64,000 bases of DNA, from assembly GCA_963742115.1 (NCBI GenBank), contig CAVUKQ010000015.1, positions 113,832 through 177,831 on the forward strand. The letters are read 5' to 3'. Positions 18,588 to 30,152 of the stretch are shown piece by piece. How positions within the stretch are numbered: position 1 is the first letter of the stretch; each line of letters opens with the position of its first letter. The notes under the pieces were generated by a model. The model had not been told where the DNA came from and did not search any database. It was given only the letters and a program-made list of their open reading frames with translations. The position numbers and the translations under genes are program-made. This DNA is from an uncultured Gammaproteobacteria bacterium (GTDB lineage: Bacteria > Pseudomonadota > Gammaproteobacteria > Steroidobacterales > Rariloculaceae).

Positions 18588-19106
18588 GTGATCGGCATGA
18601 ACGACACGATCGAGTCTTTGCTCACTGGCTACGAGCACGGCGCGCTGAGCCGCCGCGATCTCGTGCTGACGCTTGCCGCGCTCGCCGCGGCCCCGTTCCC
18701 CGCGGTGGCGCAAACACCGGCGCTGCGCGCGCGCAGCTTGAACCACGTAAGCCTGATCGTCTCCGATCTGAACCGCTCCGTCGCGTTCTATCAGAAGACG
18801 TTCGGGCTTGCCGTGAAAAGCACGCAGACGGGGGGAGTGAATCTCGCGGTCGGCGACGCGTTCGTCGGCATTTACCAAGGCGGCGCGAATGCGCCCGCGC
18901 AAATCAATCACTTCTGCTTCGGCCTCGAGGAGTTCGACGCGGACCGCGTGACGGCCGCGCTCGGAGAGCAAGGTTTGCAAGCCGAATCGCGCGTGCGCGA
19001 CGGTGTGCCGCAGGTCTACTGCAACGACCCCGACGGACTGCGCGTGCAACTCCAGGACGTGAGTTTCTGCGGCGGTCTCGGCGCGCTCGGCAACGAGTGC
19101 CGCTAG
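18588..19106 (+). CDS. VOC/glyoxalase family protein with Tat-like leader
   Basis: SRRDLVLTLAALAAAP leader, then NHVSLIVSDLNRSVAFYQKTFGL and INHFCFG. 172 aa. Confidence 0.7.
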   Translation: MIGMNDTIESLLTGYEHGALSRRDLVLTLAALAAAPFPAVAQTPALRARSLNHVSLIVSDLNRSVAFYQKTFGLAVKSTQTGGVNLAVGDAFVGIYQGGANAPAQINHFCFGLEEFDADRVTAALGEQGLQAESRVRDGVPQVYCNDPDGLRVQLQDVSFCGGLGALGNECR

Positions 19107-19167
19107 GCTCGCGCGCAGTGCGCGCTGACCGCCCGCGTCCCGCCCGGCGTGCCGGCGTCGCGCGGCG

Positions 19168-20268
19168 CTAGAGCACCATCAAGTCCTGGCCGACGATCAC
19201 CTCGCCGCCGAACTGTGCGCGCACGCCGTCGATGAAGCTGGTCACCGGAAAATCCACGCCGCCCGGAGCTCGCGCGGCAGGCAGCTGGTGATTGAGCACC
19301 ACGGTTTTGACTTTGGCCTCGGCGGCCATTCGACCGACGACCGTCGGCGTCGAATGCGTTTCCGCAACGTGGCGCGAGACGCTGTTCGGGTTGCCCGCGT
19401 CCGCGTCGGCTTGCGCACGCGCCATCATCTGCTCGTAAACGCTCTGCGCCATCACCTCGCAGACGAAGACGTCCGCGTCGCGGGCAAGCGCAACGAGATT
19501 CTTCGAGTACGGCGTGTCGCCCGAGAACACGATCGAGCGTTCCTTCGTATCGATCCGGTACGCGAGCGCGCGGTGCGGCATCTGCGACCTCGCGCGTTCG
19601 AGGAAGTGCTCGCTCTCCGCGGCCGTCACCCGGACGCGCTCGTCTTTGAGTACTTCGGTCGGCGTCGCGGTCGCCTGCACGTCGTGCCCGTGATATAGCG
19701 CCGCGGGCGGCGCGTTGCGGCCCTCGTCGACGGTGCGGATCTCGACGTCCGCACGGAAGAACTCGATCGCGCCTGCGACGAGCCGCGCGGTGCCGTACGG
19801 CCCGTAGATCTCGGTCGGCGCGGTCTTGGTGCCTGTCCACTGGAGCGACAACAGCGCCGCGATGTCGGAAGTGTGATCGTTGTGCAGATGCGTCAGGAAC
19901 AGAGTGCTCACGCGCTGAATGCCGACGCCCGACGCAACGAGCTGGCGCACGGCTCCGTACCCGCAGTCGAAGAGATAAGGCACGCCGTCGACGACGACGA
20001 CACTCGCGGCTTGGTTGCGCACGAGGTCGACGCCGGGCCCGCCGCGCGTGCCGAGCAGCACGAGCTTGGTCCCCTCGGCAACCGGCGGGGGCGGCACGCC
20101 GGGCGCCGGGCGCGTCGCTGGTACCGCCGCCGGCGCGGCGCTTTGTGCGCTGGCGCGCGCGGCCCACGAACCGCTCAGCGCGGCGCCCAGCGCAAGCTGC
20201 ACCGAGCCCGCCAGCACCCGGCGGCGCGTCGGCAAGGCCTGAGCAATCGTCTCGTCCACTCTATCCAT
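19168..20268 (-). CDS. MBL-fold hydrolase (RNase Z/ElaC-like fold) with Tat signal
   Basis: MDRVDETIAQALPTRRRVLAGSVQLALGAALSG signal and HLHNDHTSD motif. Start chosen at the internal ATG at 20268. Confidence 0.7.
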   Translation of the reverse strand: MDRVDETIAQALPTRRRVLAGSVQLALGAALSGSWAARASAQSAAPAAVPATRPAPGVPPPPVAEGTKLVLLGTRGGPGVDLVRNQAASVVVVDGVPYLFDCGYGAVRQLVASGVGIQRVSTLFLTHLHNDHTSDIAALLSLQWTGTKTAPTEIYGPYGTARLVAGAIEFFRADVEIRTVDEGRNAPPAALYHGHDVQATATPTEVLKDERVRVTAAESEHFLERARSQMPHRALAYRIDTKERSIVFSGDTPYSKNLVALARDADVFVCEVMAQSVYEQMMARAQADADAGNPNSVSRHVAETHSTPTVVGRMAAEAKVKTVVLNHQLPAARAPGGVDFPVTSFIDGVRAQFGGEVIVGQDLMVL

Positions 20269-20286
20269 CGCTGCTCCTCTGAAAAG

Positions 20287-20300
20287 AGAATCTCGATTCT
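20287..20300. promoter_or_regulatory. inverted repeat AGAATC-tc-GATTCT, candidate TetR operator
   Basis: AT-rich 6+6 inverted repeat in the divergent region between the MBL gene (start 20268) and the TetR gene (start 20485). Confidence 0.3.
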
Positions 20301-20484
20301 TGATACTGCCGCAATGGCCGATCGAAACCAACTGGGGCACGCAAACCACCGGGTTCGGAATGCCAGGCGCCCGCGTCCGGGTTCTTTTTCCGGTGCCGGC
20401 GTGAGACGATCGCCCGGCACGTGCCCGCGGCCGGAATTAGCGCCCGCAGCCGTCGTCCAGTCCGGCCAAAAAAGAACCAACGAT

Positions 20485-21126
20485 ATGAGTGATGCGAGCG
20501 CGCCGCTCAAGCACGGGCGCAAGATCAAGCAGGAGCGAGGGCGCAAAACCTACGACGCGCTGATCGCCACTGGCTTCAAGCTTCTCGAGCAGCGCGAGCT
20601 CGACGCCATCTCGATCGCCGAGCTCGCGAAGGCTGCGGGCTATTCGGTTGGCGCGTTCTACGCACGCTTCCACAGCAAGGACGAATTCTTCGACGCGATG
20701 ATCGCGAAGCATCTCGAGCATCGCGACCGGATGCGCGCGCGGCTGCTCGCGACGACGCCGGACGACGTGCTGATCGACAAGCTGATCGAAGAGCTGGTGC
20801 GCTACTACTGGAAACGCCGCCGGTTCTGGCGTGCCGCGTTGGTCCGCAGCATCCGCAGCCCGGACTTTTGGGAGCCGATCAGCAAACACGGCCGCGCGTT
20901 CGCGACGGCGCTGATCGCACGCATCAGCGAGAAAGCCGGCCGGCCGCTCACCGCGACCGAGGACACGAACGTCCGCTTCGCGTTCCAGCTCGCGCTCGGC
21001 ACGATCAACAACGCAATCATCAACCGCCCGGGCCCGATCATGCTCGGCCAGGCACAGTTCATCGCGAACCTCGTGCGCGCAGTGCGCATCGTCTCCGACT
21101 ACGACAAGTTGGTCGGGCTCGAGTAG
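20485..21126 (+). CDS. TetR/AcrR family transcriptional regulator
   Basis: N-terminal HTH ISIAELAKAAGYSVGAFYARFHSKDEFF. 213 aa. Confidence 0.85.
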   Translation: MSDASAPLKHGRKIKQERGRKTYDALIATGFKLLEQRELDAISIAELAKAAGYSVGAFYARFHSKDEFFDAMIAKHLEHRDRMRARLLATTPDDVLIDKLIEELVRYYWKRRRFWRAALVRSIRSPDFWEPISKHGRAFATALIARISEKAGRPLTATEDTNVRFAFQLALGTINNAIINRPGPIMLGQAQFIANLVRAVRIVSDYDKLVGLE

Positions 21127-21142
21127 GGCGCGGCGAGTCCGC

Positions 21143-22318
21143 ATGCACCTGTTCGACGAGAAGCGCCACGAACGGCTCGTCGACGACCCCTGGGACGCCG
21201 CCGCGGCCGCGAACGCCATTCGCGACGTGGCCGCGGAGGCACTCGCCGCGTCGCGCAACGGGCTATGGCCCGCGCATCCGCTCGACGACATGCCGGACGA
21301 CTGCGCAACGCTCTACACGGGCGCGGCCGGCATGCTTTGGGGGCTGTCGCACCTTGCGAGCGTCGGCGCTATCGAAGCCGACGAGCGTATCGGCGCGTGG
21401 GCGTGCGAATTGCCGGCGCGCTATCGCGCCGCGCCGGACACGGGCTCGCGCGTCCCGTCGTACCTGCTCGGCGAGACGGGCGTGCTGCTGACCGCGCTGC
21501 GCGCGCGGCCGTGTGCGGAATGGTTCGACGACCTGCTCGCCGCGGTAAATAGCAACATCGAGAACCCTACGCTCGAGGCCCTTTGGGGTGCGCCCGGCAC
21601 GATGCTCGCCGCGGTGTTCGCGGCCGACCTGAACGCGGACGAGCGTTGGCGCGAAGCCTATGCCGCGAACGTCGCGTCGCTTGTCCGCACCTGGCTGCCA
21701 CACGAAGGCGACGCTTGCGACCTATGGATGCAGGATCTCTACGGTAAGCGGCAGAAGTACCTCGGCCCGGCGCACGGCTTTGCCGGCAACGTCTATGGGA
21801 TGCTGCGCCGGCCCGACTGGCTCGCAAGCACGGAGCGAGCTTCGATTCAGGCGCGCGCGATTCATGCGTTGCACGCGACGGCCGTCGTCGACGGTGATTG
21901 CGCGAACTGGCCGCCCGTCGCGGGCCGGTTCGACAAGATGCTCGTGCAGTGGTGTCACGGCGCGCCCGGGATGGTGACCGCGTTCGGCACCTTGCCGCGC
22001 GACGACGTGCTCGACGAGCTCCTTGCGAAGGGCGGCGAGCTCACCTGGCGGGCCGGACCGCTCACGAAGGGTTCGAGCCTGTGCCACGGCACCGCCGGTA
22101 ACGGCGCCGCGTTCCTTACGCTGTTCGCGCGAACGGGCGATTCGACATGGCTCGAGCGAGCGCGGCGGTTCGCGATGCACTCGATCCGGCAACTCGCGGC
22201 CGCACGCGCGCAGTACGGCCGGGGGCGCTACAGCCTGTGGACCGGCGACGTCGGCGTGGCGATCTATCTACGGCAGTGCATCGCCGGCACGAGCGGGCTG
22301 CCGTCGCTCGATTTCTGA
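21143..22318 (+). CDS. LanC-like (lanthionine synthetase C family) protein
   Basis: WCHGAPGM and LCHGTAGNG zinc-ligand motifs with the alpha-toroid repeat pattern. 391 aa. Lies 16 nt after the TetR stop. Confidence 0.75.
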   Translation: MHLFDEKRHERLVDDPWDAAAAANAIRDVAAEALAASRNGLWPAHPLDDMPDDCATLYTGAAGMLWGLSHLASVGAIEADERIGAWACELPARYRAAPDTGSRVPSYLLGETGVLLTALRARPCAEWFDDLLAAVNSNIENPTLEALWGAPGTMLAAVFAADLNADERWREAYAANVASLVRTWLPHEGDACDLWMQDLYGKRQKYLGPAHGFAGNVYGMLRRPDWLASTERASIQARAIHALHATAVVDGDCANWPPVAGRFDKMLVQWCHGAPGMVTAFGTLPRDDVLDELLAKGGELTWRAGPLTKGSSLCHGTAGNGAAFLTLFARTGDSTWLERARRFAMHSIRQLAAARAQYGRGRYSLWTGDVGVAIYLRQCIAGTSGLPSLDF

Positions 22319-22328
22319 CACCGTCGTT

Positions 22329-23327
22329 TCAGCGCGCGAGCGGTCGGATGCCGATCCGCTCGCGGATCTCCGCGAGGAACGGCCGGCTCAGCGCGCGAGC
22401 GCGCTCCGCGCCGGCGAGCAGCAGCTTCTCGACCTCGCCGGGCGAGGCGACGAGCCGCTCGTACTCGGCACGCGCGGGCGCGAGCTCGGAGTTGATGCGC
22501 TCGAACAGCAGCTGCTTCATCTCGCCCCAGCCGATCCCGGCGGCGTAGCGCTCGCGCACGGCAGCGGTCTCCTCCGGAGTCGCGAACGCACGGTAGATCG
22601 CGTAGAGCGCGCTGTCCTCGGGATCTTTGGGCTGGCCCGGCTCGAGCGAGTTCGTCTTGATCTTCATGATGAGCTTGCGCAGTCCCTTCTCGCCCTCGAA
22701 CAGCGGCACGATGTTGCCGTAGCTCTTCGACATCTTGCGGCCGTCGAGCCCGGGCAACAGCGCCACCTCGTCGCGGGTTACCGCTTCGGGCAGCACGAAG
22801 GTCTCGCCGTAGTGGTGGTTGAAGCGCTGCGCGATATCGCGCGCCATCTCGACGTGCTGCTTCTGATCGCGTCCGACGGGCACCTTCGCCGCCTTGAACA
22901 TCAAGATGTCGGCGGCCATGAGGATCGGATAGGAATAGAGATTCATCATCACGGCCTGATCGGGATCGGTGCCCGCGGCCGTGTTCGCGTCCGACGCCGC
23001 CTTGTACGCGTGTGCGCGATTCATCAAGCCTTTCGCCGTGACGCTCGTGAGGATCCACTGCAGCTCGAGGATGTCCGGGATGTCGGACTGCCGATAGAAC
23101 ATCACCTTGCTCGGATCGAGGCCGAGCGCGAGCCAGCTCGCGGCGATCTCGAGCGTCGAGCGCGCGACGGCGTCCGCGTCGCGGCCGATCGCGTGATAGT
23201 CCGCGAGGAAGAAGAACGACTGGGCGCCCGGCGCCACGCTCGCGGCGATCGCAGGCTTGATCGCGCCCACGTAGTTGCCGATGTGCAGCGTGCCCGTGGG
23301 CTTGATGCCTGTCAGAACGATGTCCAT
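22329..23327 (-). CDS. trpS: tryptophan--tRNA ligase
   Basis: MDIVLTGIKPTGTLHIGNYVG (HIGH-type motif) and KMSKS. 332 aa, intact. Confidence 0.93.
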   Translation of the reverse strand: MDIVLTGIKPTGTLHIGNYVGAIKPAIAASVAPGAQSFFFLADYHAIGRDADAVARSTLEIAASWLALGLDPSKVMFYRQSDIPDILELQWILTSVTAKGLMNRAHAYKAASDANTAAGTDPDQAVMMNLYSYPILMAADILMFKAAKVPVGRDQKQHVEMARDIAQRFNHHYGETFVLPEAVTRDEVALLPGLDGRKMSKSYGNIVPLFEGEKGLRKLIMKIKTNSLEPGQPKDPEDSALYAIYRAFATPEETAAVRERYAAGIGWGEMKQLLFERINSELAPARAEYERLVASPGEVEKLLLAGAERARALSRPFLAEIRERIGIRPLAR

Positions 23328-23377
23328 CCGTACTCTCTCTTCGCAGTGCCGCGCCGCCGGCGCTCGGCGTTGCTCCG

Positions 23378-25080
<1,703 letters not shown>

Positions 25081-25262
25081 GCGGGACCTGAAGGGCGCGG
25101 CGCGGCGGGTCGGGTTGGTGCGTGCCGCGCGGGCCGTCTATTATTCCCGACTTTGAACTGCGGATCGAACCGAGACGAAGCCCTAGGACCGTGCCCGTGC
25201 GCCCGCGAGCGGCCCCCGGCTGACCGGCGCCCCGAAACGACCGACCCAAAGCGAGCAAACGG

Positions 25263-26687
25263 TTGAGCAACGTCCGCACCATTGGCCCCGCCGCCGTCGA
25301 CAGCGACGCCCGCTCGCCCGAGGAGCTCGGCGCTCGGCTCGAAAGCGAATACGGCGCGCACCTCGCGATCATGGACCAGCGGCTCGACGACGCGCTGCGC
25401 GCGGCCGGGTTCGACGGGGCGATCATCTTCGCGGGCGACGAGAAGATCGTGTTCCGCGACGACCAGCCTTATCCGTTCAGCACGGAGCCGTACTTCAAGG
25501 CCTGGGTGCCGCTCACGAGCACGCCGGGCTCGTTCCTGCGGCTCGTGCCCGGCCAGCGGCCGATGCTGGTCTACAAGCAGCTCGAGGACTATTGGCACGA
25601 GCCGCCGAGCGATCCGACCGGCTACTGGACCTCACACTTCGACATCCGCGTCGTGCGCACCGAAGCCGAGGCGCAAAAATTGAGCGGCGCTGGGCCGCGC
25701 TGGGTTGCGATCGGCGAGACGGCCGGCACGGGGGCGCAGGTCGGCACCGCCGCGTCGCAGCCGATGGTGAACGATCCGACCTTCGTGAGCCATCTCGACT
25801 TCTTCCGCGCGGCCAAGACCCACTACGAGATCCTGTGCATGCGCGGCGCGCAGCTCATGGCCGTGCGCGGCCACAAAGCCGTGGCCGCGGCGTTCGGCTC
25901 CGGCGTGTCGGAGCTCGAGCTCCAGCAGGTCTACTGCGGCGCCGCCGAGCAGCGTGAAAACGAGCTGCCCTACGGCAACATCATCGCGCTCAACGAGCAC
26001 GCTGCGACGCTGCACTACCAGCACTTGCGCACGCGCCCGCCGGCGGTCACGCGCTCGCTGCTCATCGACGCCGGCGCGGAGTTCAACGGCTACGCGGCCG
26101 ACATCACACGCACGTATTCCGCCGCGAGCGGCGACGACTTCGGCGCGCTGATCGCGGCCGTCGAGGCGCTGCAGCAGCGGGTTTGCGGCGAGGTAAAGGC
26201 CGGCGTCGACTACGTGGCCCTGCACATCCTCGCGCACCGGCTGCTCGCGGAGCTGCTGCGCGACCACGGGATCGTGAAATGCAGCGCCGACGAAGCCGTC
26301 GCGACGGGGCTCACACGCGTGTTCCTGCCGCACGGCCTCGGCCATCTGCTCGGGCTGCAAGTCCACGACGCGGGCGGCCGGCAGAAGGATCACGACGGCT
26401 CGTTGCGCGAGCCGCCGTCGCAGGACCCGTTCCTGCGGTTGACGCGGGTGCTGCAGCCGGGCTTCGTGGTCACGATCGAGCCGGGCCTCTACTTCATACC
26501 CACCCTGCTGCGCACGGCGCTAGCTCAGCACGAGGACAAGCTGAACCGTGCGAAGCTCGAGCGGCTACTGCCGTTCGGCGGCATCCGGATCGAGGACGAC
26601 GTCGAGGTCACGGTCGAGGGGTGCAAGAATCTTACTCGTGAGGCGTTCGCCGCAGTTCCGGACGCGCCGCGCGGCCGCTCGCGCTGA
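25263..26687 (+). CDS. pepQ: Xaa-Pro dipeptidase (M24B)
   Basis: HGLGHLLGLQVHD and GGIRIEDDV metal-ligand motifs with a PepQ-like N-terminal domain. TTG start as given in the ORF track. 474 aa. Confidence 0.85.
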   Translation: MSNVRTIGPAAVDSDARSPEELGARLESEYGAHLAIMDQRLDDALRAAGFDGAIIFAGDEKIVFRDDQPYPFSTEPYFKAWVPLTSTPGSFLRLVPGQRPMLVYKQLEDYWHEPPSDPTGYWTSHFDIRVVRTEAEAQKLSGAGPRWVAIGETAGTGAQVGTAASQPMVNDPTFVSHLDFFRAAKTHYEILCMRGAQLMAVRGHKAVAAAFGSGVSELELQQVYCGAAEQRENELPYGNIIALNEHAATLHYQHLRTRPPAVTRSLLIDAGAEFNGYAADITRTYSAASGDDFGALIAAVEALQQRVCGEVKAGVDYVALHILAHRLLAELLRDHGIVKCSADEAVATGLTRVFLPHGLGHLLGLQVHDAGGRQKDHDGSLREPPSQDPFLRLTRVLQPGFVVTIEPGLYFIPTLLRTALAQHEDKLNRAKLERLLPFGGIRIEDDVEVTVEGCKNLTREAFAAVPDAPRGRSR

Positions 26688-26726
26688 TCCAAAGGCAACG
26701 CTCTCGTTTTCGAAGGAAATTCGTCG

Positions 26727-27326
26727 ATGTCACACCGAACCGAACATTTGCCGCCGTTGACGGGCGTCGCGCACCTGATCCGCGAGCTGCGTTATCACGA
26801 GGGCACGCGCCAGGGCTTCGCGATCGTGCTGGTCGTGCTCTATTCCGCCACGGCCGCCCCGATTCCGGCGCTCGCGGCGATCGGGCTCGCCATCGCGTTC
26901 GTCGGCGCGCTCGTGCGCCTCTACGCGAGCGGCTTCATCGTGAAGAACGAGGAGCTCGCGACCGACGGGGCCTACCGTTTCGTGCGCCATCCGCTCTACA
27001 CCGGCAACATCCTGCTCGTCGTCGGCTTCGCGCTCGCAGGCTCGCGCTGGTGGGGGATTCCGCTCGCCTTGTTCTTCTTCTGGTTCTACTACCCCACCGC
27101 GATCGAGTACGAGGACCGAAAGTTGCAGCGGATCTTCGGCGCGACCTGGGAGGAATGGTCCGCGCGCACGCCGGCGCTGCTGCCGCGAATGGGTAGCTCG
27201 CGCCCGCCGCAACCCGGCGACCGGCGCTGGTCGGTCGCCGTGAGCAATCAACGCAACGGCGAAATCTTGCTCGTGCTGTTCTGCTTCGGGTGCATCGGCT
27301 GGGTCGCTTGGCAGACTTGGTTCTGA
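26727..27326 (+). CDS. ICMT/phospholipid-methyltransferase-family membrane protein
   Basis: DGAYRFVRHPLYTGNILLVVGFAL signature in a polytopic membrane protein. 199 aa. Confidence 0.7.
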   Translation: MSHRTEHLPPLTGVAHLIRELRYHEGTRQGFAIVLVVLYSATAAPIPALAAIGLAIAFVGALVRLYASGFIVKNEELATDGAYRFVRHPLYTGNILLVVGFALAGSRWWGIPLALFFFWFYYPTAIEYEDRKLQRIFGATWEEWSARTPALLPRMGSSRPPQPGDRRWSVAVSNQRNGEILLVLFCFGCIGWVAWQTWF

Positions 27327-27357
27327 GCACGGCTAGCTCGCGGCGCCATCCGAACCC

Positions 27358-28101
27358 GTGACCGAAGCGCCGCGAGCCGCCACCTCCGACGACGCGGTTG
27401 CCCGCTTCCTGCACGACGCGATCCACTCGTCGGGCGGACGGCGGCTCGGTCGCGGCTATCAGGCCACGGTCGAAATCTACTCGACCGCCGCCGGCGACAT
27501 CGTCGTCAAGAGGCCGCATCGCTCGGCGCTGCTCGGGTGGCTATGGCGTCGTCTACTGCGGCGCGAGCACGCCGTCTATGAGCAGCTGGCCGGCGTGCCC
27601 GGCATTCCACGCACGTTCGGCTTGATCGACTCGGAGTACCTCGCGCTCGAGTACGTGCCGGGCCCGTCGCTGCGCGAGCACGAGCCGCACCTGAAGGATC
27701 GCCCTGCCTTCTTCGCGCATCTGCTCGAGACGCTGCACGCGATGCACGCGGCCGGGATTGCCCACGCCGATCTCAAGCGCAAAGACAACGTCATCGTTGC
27801 CGCGGGTGAGCGCCCCTTCCTCATCGATTTCGGCATCGCGGCGCGCCGAGGCGCATCGCGGCTCGGCCGCGCCTGGTTCGAGCACCAATGTCAGGCCGAC
27901 TACAACGCGTGGATCAAGCTCAAGCACGGGCGGCGTATCGACTCCGCCGAAGCCGCCGCGATCTTGTCGCCCGACGACGCGGCTCTCTTCAAGCCGTTGT
28001 GGACGGAGCGCGTCGCACGGACGCTCCGCGTGCCTTGGCAGAAGATCACGCTCCGCCGGCCGCGCCAGCGCTGGCGCGCGCGGCGCAAAGGCCGCGACTA
28101 A
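27358..28101 (+). CDS. small protein-kinase-fold protein (RIO/Kdo-kinase-like)
   Basis: IAHADLKRKDNVIV catalytic loop and FLIDFGIA (DFG). 247 aa. GTG start. Confidence 0.65.
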   Translation: MTEAPRAATSDDAVARFLHDAIHSSGGRRLGRGYQATVEIYSTAAGDIVVKRPHRSALLGWLWRRLLRREHAVYEQLAGVPGIPRTFGLIDSEYLALEYVPGPSLREHEPHLKDRPAFFAHLLETLHAMHAAGIAHADLKRKDNVIVAAGERPFLIDFGIAARRGASRLGRAWFEHQCQADYNAWIKLKHGRRIDSAEAAAILSPDDAALFKPLWTERVARTLRVPWQKITLRRPRQRWRARRKGRD

Positions 28102-28117
28102 CGACGACTCGGGGCGA

Positions 28118-29488
28118 CTAGGGGCGCGCGCTCGAGTCGCCGGGCAGCACGTCCGCGGCGAGCCGCGCGACCTGCACCGCGCCCGCGAGCCGGACTTCCG
28201 GTGCGGCGTAGTGCCGGCTGTCGTTGCGGAGCCAGATGTTCTGCCGATCCGCGATCGCGACCGTATCCGCGCCCGGCGAAGCGGCGAGCGCACCGATCGC
28301 ACCGCCGTGGTTGAACAACGGTTCACTGCCACCTCCCGCGAGATCGTACGTCCGCACGGCGACGAGCTCTGCGAGCAGCAGCCGGTTCTGCGCGGAGATC
28401 GCGAACGCGCCGAGGGGCGAAAGCAGCGAGAGCGACTCTTGCCGTCCCACCTGCAGATCGAGCACGGCGACGGCCGTACCGCCGTCCGACACTGCGAGGA
28501 ACCGCCCCTTACGGTCGGAGCGAATCGCGCGCGGCACGGCCCGCAGCGGACCCGGCAGGCTGACGTCGCGACGCGTGAGATCCGCGGCGGCCGGCACATA
28601 GAACGCAAGCGTGGAATCCGCGAACCCGACGACCACATCGTGCTCGCCGTAAGCGGCCGCGGTCAGCGCGGCGGCGGGCAGCGACACCGAAACGAGCGCC
28701 TGTCCGGGGTCTTCCCACGCGCGGACGCTGAGCTCGCTGCGTGCGAGGGACGCGAAGCGCCCGCCGTCGAGCGCGACGGCAGCAAGCGCGCCGTTCAACA
28801 CCGTGAGTTGCTCGGCGGCGCGCGCAGCCGGAAGACGCCACACGCTGAGCCGGTCCCCTGCGAGGGACGCCGCGAAGCGTCCGTCGTCGCTCACGACCAG
28901 CGCGGACGCGGAGCCTTGCTCCGGCAGCAGCCAGCTTTCGGCTTCGAGCGCGCGCTCGGCGTACCACTTCTTGAGGACCCCGGTGCGATCGAGCGAATAG
29001 AGCGCGGTTCCGTCCCGCGCGAACTCCATGAGCTGCACAGCCCCGTCATGCGAAGGTTGATGACCGCGGTAGTATCGATACGCTTGCGACAAGCCGCCGA
29101 CGACGCACACGATCGCAACCGCGACCGCGACGCGATTCCGCAGCGAGAGCGACGCGGCCGAGCGTGCCGGCCCCCGGGTCATGAGCCGGCGGATTTGCAG
29201 AGCCACCGTGATCGATCCCACGATGCCGCTCGCAACGGCGATGGCGAGCGCGACCCAGACGACGAGGATCCCGGCGCTGCCCGGGCTGTCCCAACCCATT
29301 TGCTCGCCGGCGCGGTAGACCTCGAACGCGCCCCAGGTTCCCGCGACCGCGCCCACTGCGGGCAACAGCTTCAGCACGAACGCCACGACGCGGCGGGCGA
29401 ACCACATGACGAGCGCAAGCAGCAGCAGCGCGAGGGCGACGTAGACGTCGGCGGCGGTCATCGCCTCAGCATAAACGCGCACCGGCAT
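28118..29488 (-). CDS. membrane-anchored beta-propeller-like repeat protein
   Basis: Four N-terminal TM helices, then repeated ...S(D)DGRF(A/L)A(S/V)...L(S)VW(R)... blocks suggestive of WD40/PQQ-like blades. 456 aa. Confidence 0.55.
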   Translation of the reverse strand: MPVRVYAEAMTAADVYVALALLLLALVMWFARRVVAFVLKLLPAVGAVAGTWGAFEVYRAGEQMGWDSPGSAGILVVWVALAIAVASGIVGSITVALQIRRLMTRGPARSAASLSLRNRVAVAVAIVCVVGGLSQAYRYYRGHQPSHDGAVQLMEFARDGTALYSLDRTGVLKKWYAERALEAESWLLPEQGSASALVVSDDGRFAASLAGDRLSVWRLPAARAAEQLTVLNGALAAVALDGGRFASLARSELSVRAWEDPGQALVSVSLPAAALTAAAYGEHDVVVGFADSTLAFYVPAAADLTRRDVSLPGPLRAVPRAIRSDRKGRFLAVSDGGTAVAVLDLQVGRQESLSLLSPLGAFAISAQNRLLLAELVAVRTYDLAGGGSEPLFNHGGAIGALAASPGADTVAIADRQNIWLRNDSRHYAAPEVRLAGAVQVARLAADVLPGDSSARP

Positions 29489-29534
29489 ACGAGCCGATAC
29501 GGCGGTCTCACTTGCCCCGGCGGAAGCGGCGCAA

Positions 29535-29570
29535 ATGAAAAGGCCCGCAGCGCGGAACGCGGCGGGCCTT
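29535..29570 (-). terminator. intrinsic terminator after rplQ
   Basis: On the minus strand AGGCCCGC-(13 nt)-GCGGGCCT is followed by TTTTCATTT. Lies 35 nt downstream of the rplQ stop. Confidence 0.65.
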
Positions 29571-29604
29571 CGATTCGAGAGCGCGACGGGCGCCGTGCGT
29601 CGAG

Positions 29605-30087
29605 CTATTCCTCGTCCGCGGCCGCCTTCTTGGCCTTTTTCTTCGGAGCCGCCTTGGTCTTCTTCTTCGCGGACTTCTTCGCCTCGGCCATGTCCTCCTC
29701 CGCAGCGGCCTGCGCCGCTGGGACATTCGCCGGCTGATCGAGCAGTTGCACGATCGCCATCGCGGCGGAATCGCCCGGGCGATAGCCCATCTTCAGGATC
29801 CGAAGATACCCGCCCGGACGCGCCTTGAAGCGCGGACCAAGCTCCGTGAACAAGCGGCCGACCGCGACTTCGTCGCGCAGGCGGCTGAACGCAAGCCGGC
29901 GGCGGTGCACGCCGTCTTCTTTCGCGAGCGTGATCAGCGGCTCGACGACCCGGCGCAGCTCCTTCGCCTTCGGCAAAGTCGTGCGGACGGTCTCATGCCG
30001 CAGCAGCGACGCCGCCATGTTGCGGAACATCGCGGTGCGATGCGGCGAGTTTCTGCCGAGCTTGCGGCCGGATTTCTGATGACGCAT
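29605..30087 (-). CDS. rplQ: 50S ribosomal protein L17 with about 40-aa Lys/Ala-rich C-terminal extension
   Basis: [28 protein letters not shown]... Confidence 0.95.
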   Translation of the reverse strand: MRHQKSGRKLGRNSPHRTAMFRNMAASLLRHETVRTTLPKAKELRRVVEPLITLAKEDGVHRRRLAFSRLRDEVAVGRLFTELGPRFKARPGGYLRILKMGYRPGDSAAMAIVQLLDQPANVPAAQAAAEEDMAEAKKSAKKKTKAAPKKKAKKAAADEE

Positions 30088-30152
30088 AACAAACTCCGTT
30101 CAAGCGCCGCGGGCCGACCCGCGCGCGCTTCTGCGATCGAAGACGGATCGCG

